Source: Octopus vulgaris
Taxonomy: Eukaryota
NCBI GenBank assembly: GCA_951406725.2
Contig: OX597815.1
Coordinates: forward strand, 8,432,001-8,496,000
Length of the DNA: 64,000 nucleotides
Direction of reading: 5' to 3'
In this document: positions 52,425 to 64,000 of the stretch, piece after piece
How the letters are laid out: every line of letters starts with the position of its first letter
Position numbering within the stretch: position 1 is the stretch's first letter
Program-made: the position numbers and the translations under genes
Notes under the pieces: model-generated
The model's database searches: none
What the model saw: only the letters and a program-made list of their open reading frames with translations
Told to the model about the DNA's origin: nothing

Positions 52425-52980
52425 GAAAGAAATGAAGCTAGCATGTTTTGCTAGATGTGCAATGTCAGTGTGCATGTTCAACAGAGTGTAAGCATCTTGA
52501 GAGAAAAATTGGGCTTAAGAGGCATCAGGTACGGTGTGCAAGAAAGAAGATTTCACTGGTGTGGTCATGGGATGCATTTGGATGAGGATAGCTGCGTGAA
52601 GAAATGCCACAATGAACCTGTGTGAAGTGGTTGACCCAGGAGGAGATGGGATGAGATGGTGAAGCATAATCTTTGGATGTTGAGTTTTAAGGAGGCAATG
52701 ACAAGTGACTGAGACCGTTGGGGATTTGCTGTGGCTGAGAAGACATTGACCAACCAAGTGAAATCATAGTCGTAACCAGTACTGGTGACATGTAAAAGGC
52801 ACCCACGCCAGTGGCCCGTGCAATGCACCTACTATACTCTTGGAGTGGTTGGCATTAGGAAGGGCAGCCAAATCAGACTGGGACCGGGTACAAATCTTCT
52901 GCTTACCAATCTCAGTCAAACTGTCTAACCCATGCCACCATGGAAAATGGACACTAAATGATGATGATGATGATGATGAT
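52425..52980 (+). mobile_element. Decayed RTE 3' end plus UTR
   Basis: Similar to the reverse complement of 42600-42930. Confidence 0.65.
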
Positions 52981-53029
52981 ATATCTATGTATGTATACAT
53001 GTATGAATGTATGTATGTATGTATGTCTG

Positions 53030-53675
53030 TATGCCAAAACAACTCTTTTATGGAGAGTTAGCTAAAGGAGAACGACCTCCACATAAACCAAAAAAAGGTA
53101 TAAGGACTTGCCGAAGGCTTCCTTAAGAGATGCATCTCTCCTGACACATGGGAAGGCATAGCTATTGATCGTAGCATGTGGAGAAGGATTGTGCACGAGG
53201 GGACAGCCACTTTTGAGAAATCTCGAGTGGCACATGAGAAAGTAAGGAGGGATGTTAGGAAGGGCATCGCTGTTACACTTCCAGATGGGAAGGGTCTTCC
53301 ACTGATGCTGACATGCAGTGTCTGTGCAAGACCCTGCCTCAGTAAAGCTGGACTCATGAGTCATCTTCGTAGTCATGAAGCGAGACAGATGAGTGACAAC
53401 CTGGCCACTGGTGGTGGTGTTACACACCATACTAATCATATCTGTCGGGTATGTGGAAGAGAGTGTAATTCGGCAGGAGGACTTAAACGACATGCAAAGG
53501 TACATGAAGCCCAGTTACAACTATATCCGGCTATTACCGGTAAAGGTTTTAGTTGCCAGTTTTGTACAAGACATTGTAGATCTTTAGCCGGACTAAAAAG
53601 TCACATTCGATCACAGCACCAATAACAGTTAAGCTTTGTGCAATGGCCATACTCGATAACGAGGGGGCAGCCATA
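53030..53675 (+). mobile_element. RTE-type LINE 3' end encoding three C2H2 zinc fingers
   Basis: PKQLFYGELAKG..WEGIAIDRSMWRRIVHEG followed by three CxxC-x12-HxxxH-type repeats. Confidence 0.75.
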
Positions 53676-54009
53676 ATGTGTATATATACATGTATGCAGA
53701 GATATATGTATGTATGTGTATGTATATAATAGATGTGCTCTTTGTTCAAACCCTAAATGGGTCACATAAAACCGTATTGAATTACACAGCAGAAGGAGTT
53801 TCAAATGAATACTATTAATAGCCACAATTAAAACAATAAATTTAATGCAAATATGAATTAGAGGCAGCTTGAGGTATATAAAGAAAATTGGATACGTATA
53901 CCCGAGGTATGTGTGTTGTTAGTTCATGGGTTGGCTGCAGTTTTTAGGCATAAAAGAATATATTTTCTATGCACCTGTAAAAAAAAAGAACACCTGAAAG
54001 TAAGTTATA

Positions 54010-54998
54010 TATTTCTTTACTACCCACAATTCAATTACATCGACCCCAGTGCGTAACTGGTACTTAATTTATCGACCCCGAAAGGATGAAAGGCAAAGTC
54101 GACCTCGGTGGAATTTGAACTCAGAACGTAAAGACAGACGAAATACCTATTTCTTTACTATCCACAAGGGGTTAAACACAGAGGGGACAAACAAGGACAG
54201 ACAAACGGATTAAGTCAATCACATCGATCCCAGTGCATAACTGGTACTTAATTTATTGACCCCGAAAGGATGAAAGGCAAAGTCGACCTCGGCGGAATTT
54301 GAACTCAGAACGTAAAGACAGACGAAATACCTATTTCTTTACTATCCACAAGGGGCTAAACACAGAGGGGACAAACAAGGACAGACAACAAGGACAGACA
54401 AACGGATTAAATCGATTACATCAGAACGTAACGACAGACGAAATACCTATTTCTTTACTATCCACAAGGGGCTAAACACAGAGAGGACAAACAAGGACAG
54501 ACAAACGGATTAAGTCGACCCCGAAAGGATGAAAGGCAAAGTCGACCTCGACGGAATTTGAACTCAGAACGTAACGACAGACGAAATACCTATTTCTTTA
54601 CTATCCACAAGGGGCTAAACACAGAGGGGACAAACAACAAGGACAGACAAACGGATTAAGTCGATTACATCGACCCCAGTGCGTAACTGGTACTTAATTT
54701 ATCGACCCCGAAAGGATGAAAGGTAAAGTCGACCTCGGCGGAATTTGAACTCAGAACGTAACGACAGACGAAATACCTATTTCTTTACTATCCACAAGGG
54801 GCTAAACACAGAGAGGACAAACAAGGACAGACAAACGGATTAAGTCGATTACATCGACCCCAGTGCGGAACTGGTACTTAATTTATCGACCCCGAAAGGA
54901 TGAAAGGCAAAGTTGACCTCGGCGGAATTTGAACTCAGAACGTAACGACAGACGAAATACCGCTAAGCATTTTGCCCGGCGCGCTAACGTTTCTGCCA
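54010..54998 (-). mobile_element. Tandem array of SINE family D (~6 units, some internally deleted)
   Basis: Repeated gacgaaatac|ctatttcttt junctions; head only at the right end. Confidence 0.9.
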
Positions 54999-55307
54999 GA
55001 CAACTTGCATAGATCTTCTTGGATGTGACAGGCATTAATGTTTCGTCCTTGTTTAACTTATCAATACTGCATACCAAACAAGGTCCGCTGCAAGCCATAT
55101 TGCCAACTATGACTACATGCTAAATAGTTTAAACACCATCTGCTGGCAGGCCTCAATCGTTCATGCAATGGAAAAAATTCAAATATCAATTAGAAACAGC
55201 TCAACCTATGTAAATAAAATCAAACACACATACACAAGGTGTGTATGTTGTTAGTTTGTGGGTCAGCTGTGGTTTTCCCCTTAAATATATACATACACAC
55301 ACTGGCA

Positions 55308-56871
55308 GATGTCTGTCGGCACTCCTCTTTGATCTCTATCGGCACTTCTTTTTGATCTCTGTCGGCACTACTCTTTGATCTCTGTCGACACCCTCTTTGA
55401 TCCATGTCGAAACCGTCTTTGATCTCTGTCGGTATCCTCTTTGATCTCTGTCGGCACCCTCTTTGATCTCTGTCGGCACCTTCTTTGATCTCTGTCGGGC
55501 ACCCCTCTTTCATATCTGCCGGCACCCTCTTTGATCTCTGTCGGCACACTCTTTGATGTCTGTCGGCACCCTCTTTGATCTATGCCGGCACTCCTCTTTG
55601 ATCTCGGCCGACAACCTCTTTGATCTCTGTCGGCACCCTCTTTGATATCTGTCGGCACTTCTCTTTGATCTTTGTCGGCACTCCTCTTTAATCTCTGTCG
55701 GCACCCTCTTTGATCTCTGTCAACACCCTTTGATCTCTGTCGGTACTCCTCTTTGATCTCTGTCGGCACTCCTCTTTGATCTCTGTCGGCACCCTCTTTG
55801 ATCTCTGTCGGGCACCCCTCTTTGATCTCTGTCGGCACCCCTCTTTGATCTCTGTCGGCACACTCTTTGATGTCTGTCGGCACCCTCTTTGATATCTGTC
55901 GACACTCCTCTGTGATGTCTGTCGACACACCTCTTTGATCTCTGTCGGCAATCCTCTTTGATCTCTGCCGACAACCTCTTTGATCTATGTCGGTACTCAT
56001 CTTTGATCTCTGTCGGCACTCCTCTTTGATCTCTGTCGGCACTCCTCTTTGATCTCTGTCGGCACTCCTCTTTGATCTCTGTCGGCACTCCTCTTTGATC
56101 TCTGTCGACAGCCTCTTTGATCTCTGTCGGCACTCATCTTTGATCTCTGTCGGCATTCCTCTTTGATCTCTGTCGACACTCCTCTTTGATCTCTATCGGC
56201 ACTCGTCTTTGATCTCTGTCGGCACCCCTCTTTGATCTATGTCGACACCCTCTTTGATCTCTGTCGGCATTCATCTTTGATCTATGTCGACACCCCTCTT
56301 TGATCTATGTCGACACCCTCTTTGATCTATATCGGCATTCATCTTTGATCTCTGTCGGCACTCCTCTTTGATCTCTGCCGACACCCCTCTTTGATCTCTG
56401 TCGGCACCCCTCTTTGATCTATGTCGACACTCTCATTGATCTCTGTCGACACTCCTCTTTGACCTAGGTCGGCACTCTTTGATCTAGGTCGGCACTCCTC
56501 TTTGATCTCTGCCGGCACCCCTCTTTGATCTCTGTCGGCACCCCTCTTTGATCTATGTCGACACCCTCTTTGATCTCTGTCGGCACCCCTCTTTGATCTC
56601 TGTCGGCACTCCTCTTTGATCTATGCCGGCACTCCTCTTTGATCTCTGGCGGCACCCTCTTTGATATCTGTCGGAACTCGTCTTTGATCTATGTCGGCAC
56701 TCCTCTTTGATCTCTGACGGCACCCCTCTTTGATCTCTGTCGGCACTCCTCTTTGATCTCTGTCGGCACCCCTCTTTGTTCTCTGTCGACACCATCTTTC
56801 CTCTCTGTCGGCATTCCTCTTTGATCTCTATCGGCACCCCTCTTTGGTATCTGCTGGCACTCTTTGTCGGC
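55308..56871. repeat. 19-21 bp minisatellite, consensus CTCTTTGATCTCTGTCGGCAC(T)C, roughly 75 units
   Basis: Directly visible; explains the repetitive PTEIKEEC ORFs. Confidence 0.95.
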
Positions 56872-57219
56872 GAAATGTGTAGCCGTATTTCATCTACTGT
56901 TGCGTTCTGGGTTCAAATTCCGCCGAGGTCGACTTTACCATTCATCCTTTCGGGTTTGATAAATTAAGTACCAGTTACGCACTGGGATCGATGTGATCGA
57001 CTTAATTCGTTTGTCTGTCCTTGTTTGTCCCCTCTATGTTTAGCCACTTGTGGGTAGTAAAGAAATATAAATACATACACACACACATACACAGAGAATG
57101 TACTTTTGCATAGTATCCATCTACTAAATTCATTCATAAGGCACTGGTTGGTCAGGGCTATTGTGGAGGACACTTGCCCAAAGTTCCTTGCTGTGAAATT
57201 GAACTTGAACTCATGCAAT

Positions 57220-57686
57220 TGGCCGATGACAGTACCGCCTAATTGGCACTCGTGCCAGTGGAACGTTAAGAGCACATCTGAGCGTGATCTTTTCCAGGGC
57301 CATGGATTGGCTCTCGTGTTGGTGACACGTGAAAAGCACCATTCGAGCATGATTGTTGCCAGTGTCACCTTACCTACACATGTACCAGTGGCATGTGAAA
57401 AACAACATTTGAGCATTGTTGTGGCCAGTGCAGGTAGCACATAAAACACCTTTTGAGCGTGGTCATTGCCAGAACTGCCTGACTGGCTCTCGTGCCGGTG
57501 GCACATAAAAAGCACCCATTACACTCTCGCAGTGGTTGGTGTTAGGAAGGGCAGGCATCCACCTGTAGAAACTTTGCCAGACCAGATTGAGCCTGGTGCA
57601 GCCTCTGACTCACCAGTCGTCAGTCAAAGCATCCAACCCATGCCAGCATAGAAAATGGATGTTAAACGATGATGATGATGATGATG

Positions 57687-57687
<1 letters not shown>
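57220..57687 (+). mobile_element. Family A repeat
   Basis: Shared core and (GAT)n tail. Confidence 0.75.
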
Positions 57688-57729
<42 letters not shown>

Positions 57730-57961
57730 TATATATATATATATCTTCTATCTTTTACTTGCTTCAGTTATTAGACTGTGACCATGGTGGGTCACTGTCT
57801 TGAATTTTTATTTGAACAAATGAATTAACCCCAGTACTTATATATTAAGTTTGGTACTTATTCTATCAGTATCTTTTTGCTGAACTACTAAGTAGCAGGG
57901 ACATAAACACACCAGTGCTGGTTGTCAATCAGCGGCTGGGGGACAAACACAAAGACATACA

Positions 57962-58005
<44 letters not shown>

Positions 58006-58024
58006 TATACATACACATACATAT

Positions 58025-58655
58025 CATGGGTTGGACGGTTTGACCGGGGTCTGGGAGGCCAGGAGGCTGCACCAGGTTCCAGTCTGATCTGGCAGTGTTT
58101 CTACAGCTGGATGCTCTTCCTAACACCAACCACAGGTGCCAGGGGAGGCTGGCAACAGTCATGATTTGTTGGAGCTTTTTATGTGCCACCGGCACGGAAG
58201 TCAGTCAAGGCAGCACTGGCATCAGCCATAATTAGATGGTGCTTTTTATGTGCCACCAGCACAGGGATCACAACTACAACTTCCATTTGATTTTCATTTT
58301 GATGTTGATGTACTTGATTCAATAGGTCTCCTCAAGTACAGCAGGTCGCCCTACGATGCAAGGTACTTTTGAATGGGCTGGGGCTGGTTATACTAAACTG
58401 GTGTAGGATACAGCCATGAACTCACGTTATTTGCTGGGTCCTCGGAGTCACAGCATGTGTCTAGAGGTCTCAGTCTTTCGTCATTGCCTCTGTGAGGCCT
58501 AACATTTAAAGGCCATGCTTCACCACCTCATCCCATGTCATCCTGGGTTTACCTCCACCCCAGATTCCTTCAACTATTTGGGAGTGGCACTTCTTCACAG
58601 AGCTCTCCTCATCCATCCATAGTACATGACCATACCAGTGCAAACGTCTCTCTTG
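58025..58655 (-). mobile_element. RTE 3' end plus family A UTR
   Basis: Similar to 42600-42820 and 11333-11697. Confidence 0.7.
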
Positions 58656-58703
58656 ACCATAATAGGACAATTACGGTAATCTCTTGTGTTTAAATGTACG
58701 CTG

Positions 58704-58750
<47 letters not shown>

Positions 58751-58912
58751 AAAGGGAAAGTTTACTGAAAAACCAAAAGACGAAGACAGGTGGTGTACAA
58801 AACAAATAGATGTATTAGTAAAACGCTCAGGAATAGAAAAAGTCTTTTACGTTTCGAGCCTATGCTCTTCTACAGAAAGGGACAGAAAAAACAAGAAGAG
58901 AAAAAAATGTGT

Positions 58913-58975
<63 letters not shown>

Positions 58976-60201
58976 TTAAAAAAGAAATGAAAAAGTAAAG
59001 TGTTTGGCAAGACTTGACAAGGTTATTTGATTTAGATATACAATAAAAAGGTTTCTTTTTTAATTATATATTAAATTAAATGCCCTTGTCAAGTCCTGTC
59101 AGATGATTTGCCTTTTCATTCCTGTTTTAACCTATTAAATCCCATGAGAACCTTAAATAACCTATATCACATGGTCTCAGTGTCCTATTTATAGGACACC
59201 GAGTATTTCCATTTCTACTTGAAGTAAAGGAGATTTGATAATTGATTTGTTCATTTTAACCTATTTTCAATGATCTGTAAAAATTTTTAAATAATATTCA
59301 GAAATTTAAGTACTCTGGGACTTAATGGGTTGATCTGTACCTCCCTGCTCATGGAGAAGCCACTCCTAGCTGTTTCAGAAAGCAGTCTCAACATCACATG
59401 TGCGACTATAGTTCAAACCTGATTTTTTATTGGCATACCAAATTGAGCACTCTGGATGCATGCCTGTTAGTTTCAGTCTCATGACAAAAACCCCTCATAT
59501 ACTTTATATTTATATCATCATCATCATTGTCTAACATCTGCCTTTCATGTTAGCATAGGTGGGATGGTTTCACAAGAGCCGACCAGGCAGAAGCCTGCAC
59601 CAGACTTCTGTGATTGTTTTGGTAAGAGTTTTACATCTGGATTCCCTTCCTAGTACCAACCACTCAGTAGAGTGAACTTGGTGCTTTTTACGTGGTACAA
59701 GCAAAGGCAAGGTGAGTTTTGGTAAGGTTTTTACAGCTGGATGCCCTTCCTAACACCAACCACTTTACAGTGTGGACTGGGTGCTTTTAAGTGGCACCTG
59801 CACTGACAGGGTCACTAAGTACTTGCAAGACAAAAATAACTTTCAAGAGGGGAGGGGACATTGTGTTGGATGATGAAGGGTTATAGTGAGACAGAGAGAC
59901 AGAAATAGGTGTCTTGCTGAAATACATGGTTAACCAACCTAAGGGAAGTGCAGGAGAAGGAGAGAGAGAGAATGGGAGACAGCAGAGATGGTAGGAAAAT
60001 GCTGGACATACTCACAAGGGATAGGGATCAAAATATAAATGGGATGGTTGGGTAAAGGAAGAGAGAGATATAAATGGTGGCAAGTGCCAGGGCATACCCT
60101 TGAGGTTCAATCACCATAATATAAGTGGCGGGATATTGCGAAGGAAGTGCAATTAAGGAGTGTGGAGGGGGGAAGAAGTGAGTGGTGAAAACTTAGATAT
60201 A

Positions 60202-60582
60202 TCTCTCTCTATATAAACGGCAGTTTGTCTGTGCGTGTTTCTGTGTGTCTGTTTGCTTGTACCCTCACCCTGACCACGGCTTTCAACCGATTCTGATGAA
60301 ACTTGACACACACATAGCCCAATGTCATAATTCAAAACTAACGCAGCGAAAATTTTGAAAAGTTCCCCCAGCTCTGAAAAAAATCGATAAATTTGACATG
60401 GGGTCGAGAATCAGAAACACAAACCGCAAACTGTCTAGGGGACGCAACTCCACCTTTTTTAACTAAAAAAAAATTTACCATCATTTTTTTCCATTTTTTT
60501 GCTATTTTTTGGCTATAACTCTCTAAAAATGCTTTATAGTTATTTCCCTTACAAACCTGAGCAACGCCGGGCGATACTGCTA

Positions 60583-60583
<1 letters not shown>
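60202..60583 (+). mobile_element. Non-autonomous Helitron-like element, copy 2
   Basis: A|TC...CTAG|T; near-identical to copy 1. Confidence 0.7.
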
Positions 60584-60628
<45 letters not shown>

Positions 60629-61054
60629 TTGTGGTAGTGGTGGTGGGGTTACCAAATAGCAATGATTCAGAGGAACAAGGCTGTGAGGACAGGATTGAGG
60701 AGTGAGAGCTAGGCATAGTGTATGAAGGAGGAAATGTGAGGAAGAGATGAGACGTGGAGATGTAGATTGGTTTGTTGGGGTAAGGTGAGTGAAAAGTTTT
60801 CTTGTTACATGTAACACATAGGTAGGAGGGGCTAGCAGATAGCAATAATACAGTGAGAGAGGGTGTATGGGTGGAACATAGGTTGGGTGCAAGCGGAGAG
60901 CAATTATACAGTGGCACAGGGCCAAGAGGACAGGACTGGGGAGTGGGAGGTGAACATAGTGCATGAAGCAGAAATGTGAGAAAGATAAGAGACATAGTTT
61001 GGTTTGTTGTGACAGAGTGTGTGAGAAGTTTTCTTGTTAAGTGTGGGTAGGACA

Positions 61055-61915
61055 CACAGCCCTTCTAGAACTCAGTTTTGCTGACGTGGGTGGGTCTTCT
61101 CAAGAACTTCATATTGCCAGACATCTCAGTCCATTGTCATTCCCTCCGTGAGACCCAACATCCTGAAGTCAGTCCTTACCACTTCATCTCACGTCTTCCT
61201 GGGTCTTCCTCTTCTGCGGGTACCATCCACTTTCAGCAACTGGCACATCTTTATGCAGCTGTCCACATTCATATGCAGGACATGTCCCTACCAACTTCTC
61301 CCTTGCACGCTACATTTATTTGATTCCTCTTATGCCCAACTTTTCTCTCAATACATTTGCCCTTTGCCATACATGTGCACTGATGTTGCACATCCAACGG
61401 TGCATACTACCTTCATTTCCCTCCAGTCTGTGCATGTCTTCTGCATTCAGAGCCCATGTCTTACCACCATGGAGTATAGCCATTTGCACACAAGCATCAT
61501 ATAGTCTACCTTTCACTCTGAGAGAGAGAGTCCTTTTGTTGCCAACAGAGGTAATATCTCTCTGAACTCCCTCTGCCCTATTCTTATTCTAAAAACAGTA
61601 CTTTTAGAGCATTTTCCACCATTACTAATTTGGTCACCTAGGTAACAGAAACTATCTACAACCTCAAGAGAGCCTCCTGGGTATTTGGGAGAATCTAATT
61701 CCCATGTGCTCTTAGTGCTTATTATTCCTGCACATCTGCCTAATACAAAGACGACTTTACCTGTTATTTTCTACCTGTGATTCCACTACACCTCTTATGT
61801 GTCCATAGTTTACACTGCGTGCAGTGAATGGAATTTCTTCCAACCCCTTTCCTGCATATTGAGCAGGCTCATTTACCTGATGGAAAGAGAGTTTTATCTT
61901 CTTTCTTACTAACAA
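61055..61915 (-). mobile_element. Decayed RTE LINE fragment
   Basis: KGRLYDACVQMAILHGGKTWAL..RWMCN. Confidence 0.75.
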
Positions 61916-62214
61916 AATATAAATATATCAGGCATGTGCTGTCAGTAATTACTCAGAATAGGCAGTTGGGGGAACACAGGTGCACAACTGAGTTGTAGGC
62001 AGATTTACTTCTGCCATTATAGCATGTAAAGAAAACGTTGTTGTAGGAGTGCATGCAACATGTGGACTACATCAGTTCTATGCATAGCTTTAATACTGAG
62101 ATTGAAAGGCAGGGGAGAATTATGCTTAACTAATCTACAAAAAAATAAAATATTTTGTATTTTATGCTTAGTAATCAGAGTGACCTTCATAATTTTATTG
62201 AATTAGGTGCATAA

Positions 62215-62599
62215 TCTCTCTCTATATAAACGGCAGTTTGTCTGTGTGTGTGTCTGTGTGTCTGTCAGGTTGCACCCTCACCCTGACCATGGCTTTCAAC
62301 CGATTCTGATGAAACATGACACACACATAGCCCAATGTCATAATTCAAAACTAACGCAGCGAAAATTTTGAAAAGTTCCCCCAGTTCTGAAAAAAATCGA
62401 TAAATTCGACATGGGGTCAAGAATCAGAAACACAAACCACAGACTGTCTAGGGGACGCAACTCGACCCTTTTAACTCTCAAAAAAAATTTACCATCATTT
62501 TTTTCCCATTTTTTTGCTATTTTTTGGCTATAACTCTCTAAAAATGCTTATATAGTTATTTCCCTTACAAACCCGAGCAACGCCGGGCGATACTGCTAG
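62215..62599 (+). mobile_element. Non-autonomous Helitron-like element, copy 3
   Basis: A|TC...cccgagcaacgccggg..CTAG|T. Confidence 0.7.
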
Positions 62600-62757
62600 T
62601 TTGTCATAAAAGGAAAATGTTACTCTTGATCTATTTCATTCAGGATAGGCAGTACCTGCCTTGCCTACTCAGGTGGCACATCCCTGGAATATATATATTT
62701 ATGCAGCCATGCATGATACACATATGTATAGGTATGTGCATGGAGATGAGTCATGTT

Positions 62758-63213
62758 TGAGTGGCTGTGTGGTAAGTAGCTTGATTACCAACCACATGGT
62801 TCCGGGTTCAGTCCCACTATGTGGCACCTTGGGCAAGTGTCTTCTACTATAGCCTCGGGCCGACCAAAGCCTTGTGAGTGGATTTGGTAGACAGAAACTG
62901 AAAGAAGACCATCGTATATGTCAACCCGTGCTAGCGCGGCAAACGGACGTTAAACGATGATGATGATGATGATGGTGATGATGTGTGTGTGTGTATATGT
63001 TTGTGTGTCTGTGTTTGTCCCCCCCAACATCGCTTGACAACCGATGCTGGTGTGTTTACATTCCCGTAGCTTAGCGGTTCGGCAAAAAGAGACCGATAGA
63101 ATAAGTACTAGGCTTACAAAGAATAAGCCCTGGGGGTCGATTTGCTCAACTAAAGGCGGTGCTCCAGCATGGCTGCAGTCAAATGACTGAAACAAGTAAA
63201 AGAGTAAAGAGAG
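62758..63213 (+). mobile_element. SINE family B with a family A tail fragment in its central microsatellite
   Basis: Head and tail of family B flank gtcaacccgtgctagcgcggcaaacggacgttaaacgatgatg. Confidence 0.8.
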
Positions 63214-63707
63214 TCATGTAGCCGTTCAGCCGAGGTGAACTTGGCCATGTGACAAATAATCATGAATCTAATGGGCCCTTTATCTTGGTAACTTTAGATG
63301 GGCCACCTGCTTTTTGAAACACTGATTGAGTGTAGGTTTGGAAGTCTTAGACCACCCTTATTTTTCAACCGATTACTTGACCCCTCTCAGATGATCTAAG
63401 TCAGTGTTTTTGCTTCAATGGAGAGCAGGGGTGTGAAATATTGAAAAAAGTTAGGGCAGGGATGAATTACTAATTTTAATAAAATTAAGATGTTTTAAAA
63501 AATTTTTTTAATTGACCAGCGTCATCATGATACATGAAGAATGATATAAATGTAAACTCTGTTTTGTCTTGTTAATAAAGAAGGGCCAAAAAATATATAA
63601 ATGTACCTGAATAATCTTTTGGGTAGTTGACCTGATATTTGTCAATTGGAGAACTCCAGATCTAAGGGTCTCGCTTTTGTTACCTACTTAGCTGCTTCCC
63701 AATCCAG

Positions 63708-63853
63708 CTTTCTTTCTTTCTTTCCTTCCTTCCTTCCTTTTTTTCTTTCTTTCTTTCTTTCTTTCTTTCTTTCCTTCCTTCCTTCCTTTCTTTCTTTCTT
63801 TCTTCCTTCCTTCCTTTCTTTCTTTCTTCCTTCCTTCCTTCCTTTCTTCCTTC

Positions 63854-63925
<72 letters not shown>
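63708..63925. repeat. (CTTT)n/(CCTT)n polypyrimidine microsatellite
   Basis: Directly visible. Confidence 0.95.
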
Positions 63926-64000
63926 AGTTTCTAATCCTACTCTTCCAGTGACTCATATTTCTACCCCAATGTCATTAAGGTTTGATAGGGTAGGAACAGG

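Noticed and set aside
55368-56156. 262 aa repetitive ORF (PTEIKEECRQRSKRSADRDQRG)
   Set aside because: Translation of a minisatellite whose unit lacks stops; variable unit length cycles through all three frames.

Overview
AT-rich, repeat-saturated animal genomic DNA. The SINE/LINE/microsatellite landscape looks like a coleoid cephalopod (Octopus); this is inferred from recall, not tested. There is one clear host gene: an intronless UDP-glucose pyrophosphorylase (UGP2-like, 37255-38781, +, 508 aa) in a ~3 kb transposon-free island. The rest is decayed RTE, CR1-like and RLE-type LINEs, at least three tRNA-derived SINE families, Helitron pieces, TTAA and other MITEs, and micro/minisatellites. 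The most unusual signals are: (i) a 2.3 kb element with ~720 bp near-perfect inverted arms, each carrying a hammerhead-ribozyme motif with a very long stem II, plus further hammerhead-like motifs (one in a non-canonical, pseudoknotted strand order) in small (TA)n-associated Penelope-like elements; (ii) a SINE that recurs as head-to-tail ~188 bp multimers with the same junction at five loci; (iii) a ~1.55 kb 19-21 bp minisatellite whose unit resembles a TCF/LEF site plus helper site; (iv) a LINE tail encoding three C2H2 fingers. Most ORFs in the supplied track are microsatellite or repeat artefacts. Repeat boundaries are read by eye and approximate unless a TSD or TIR is quoted.
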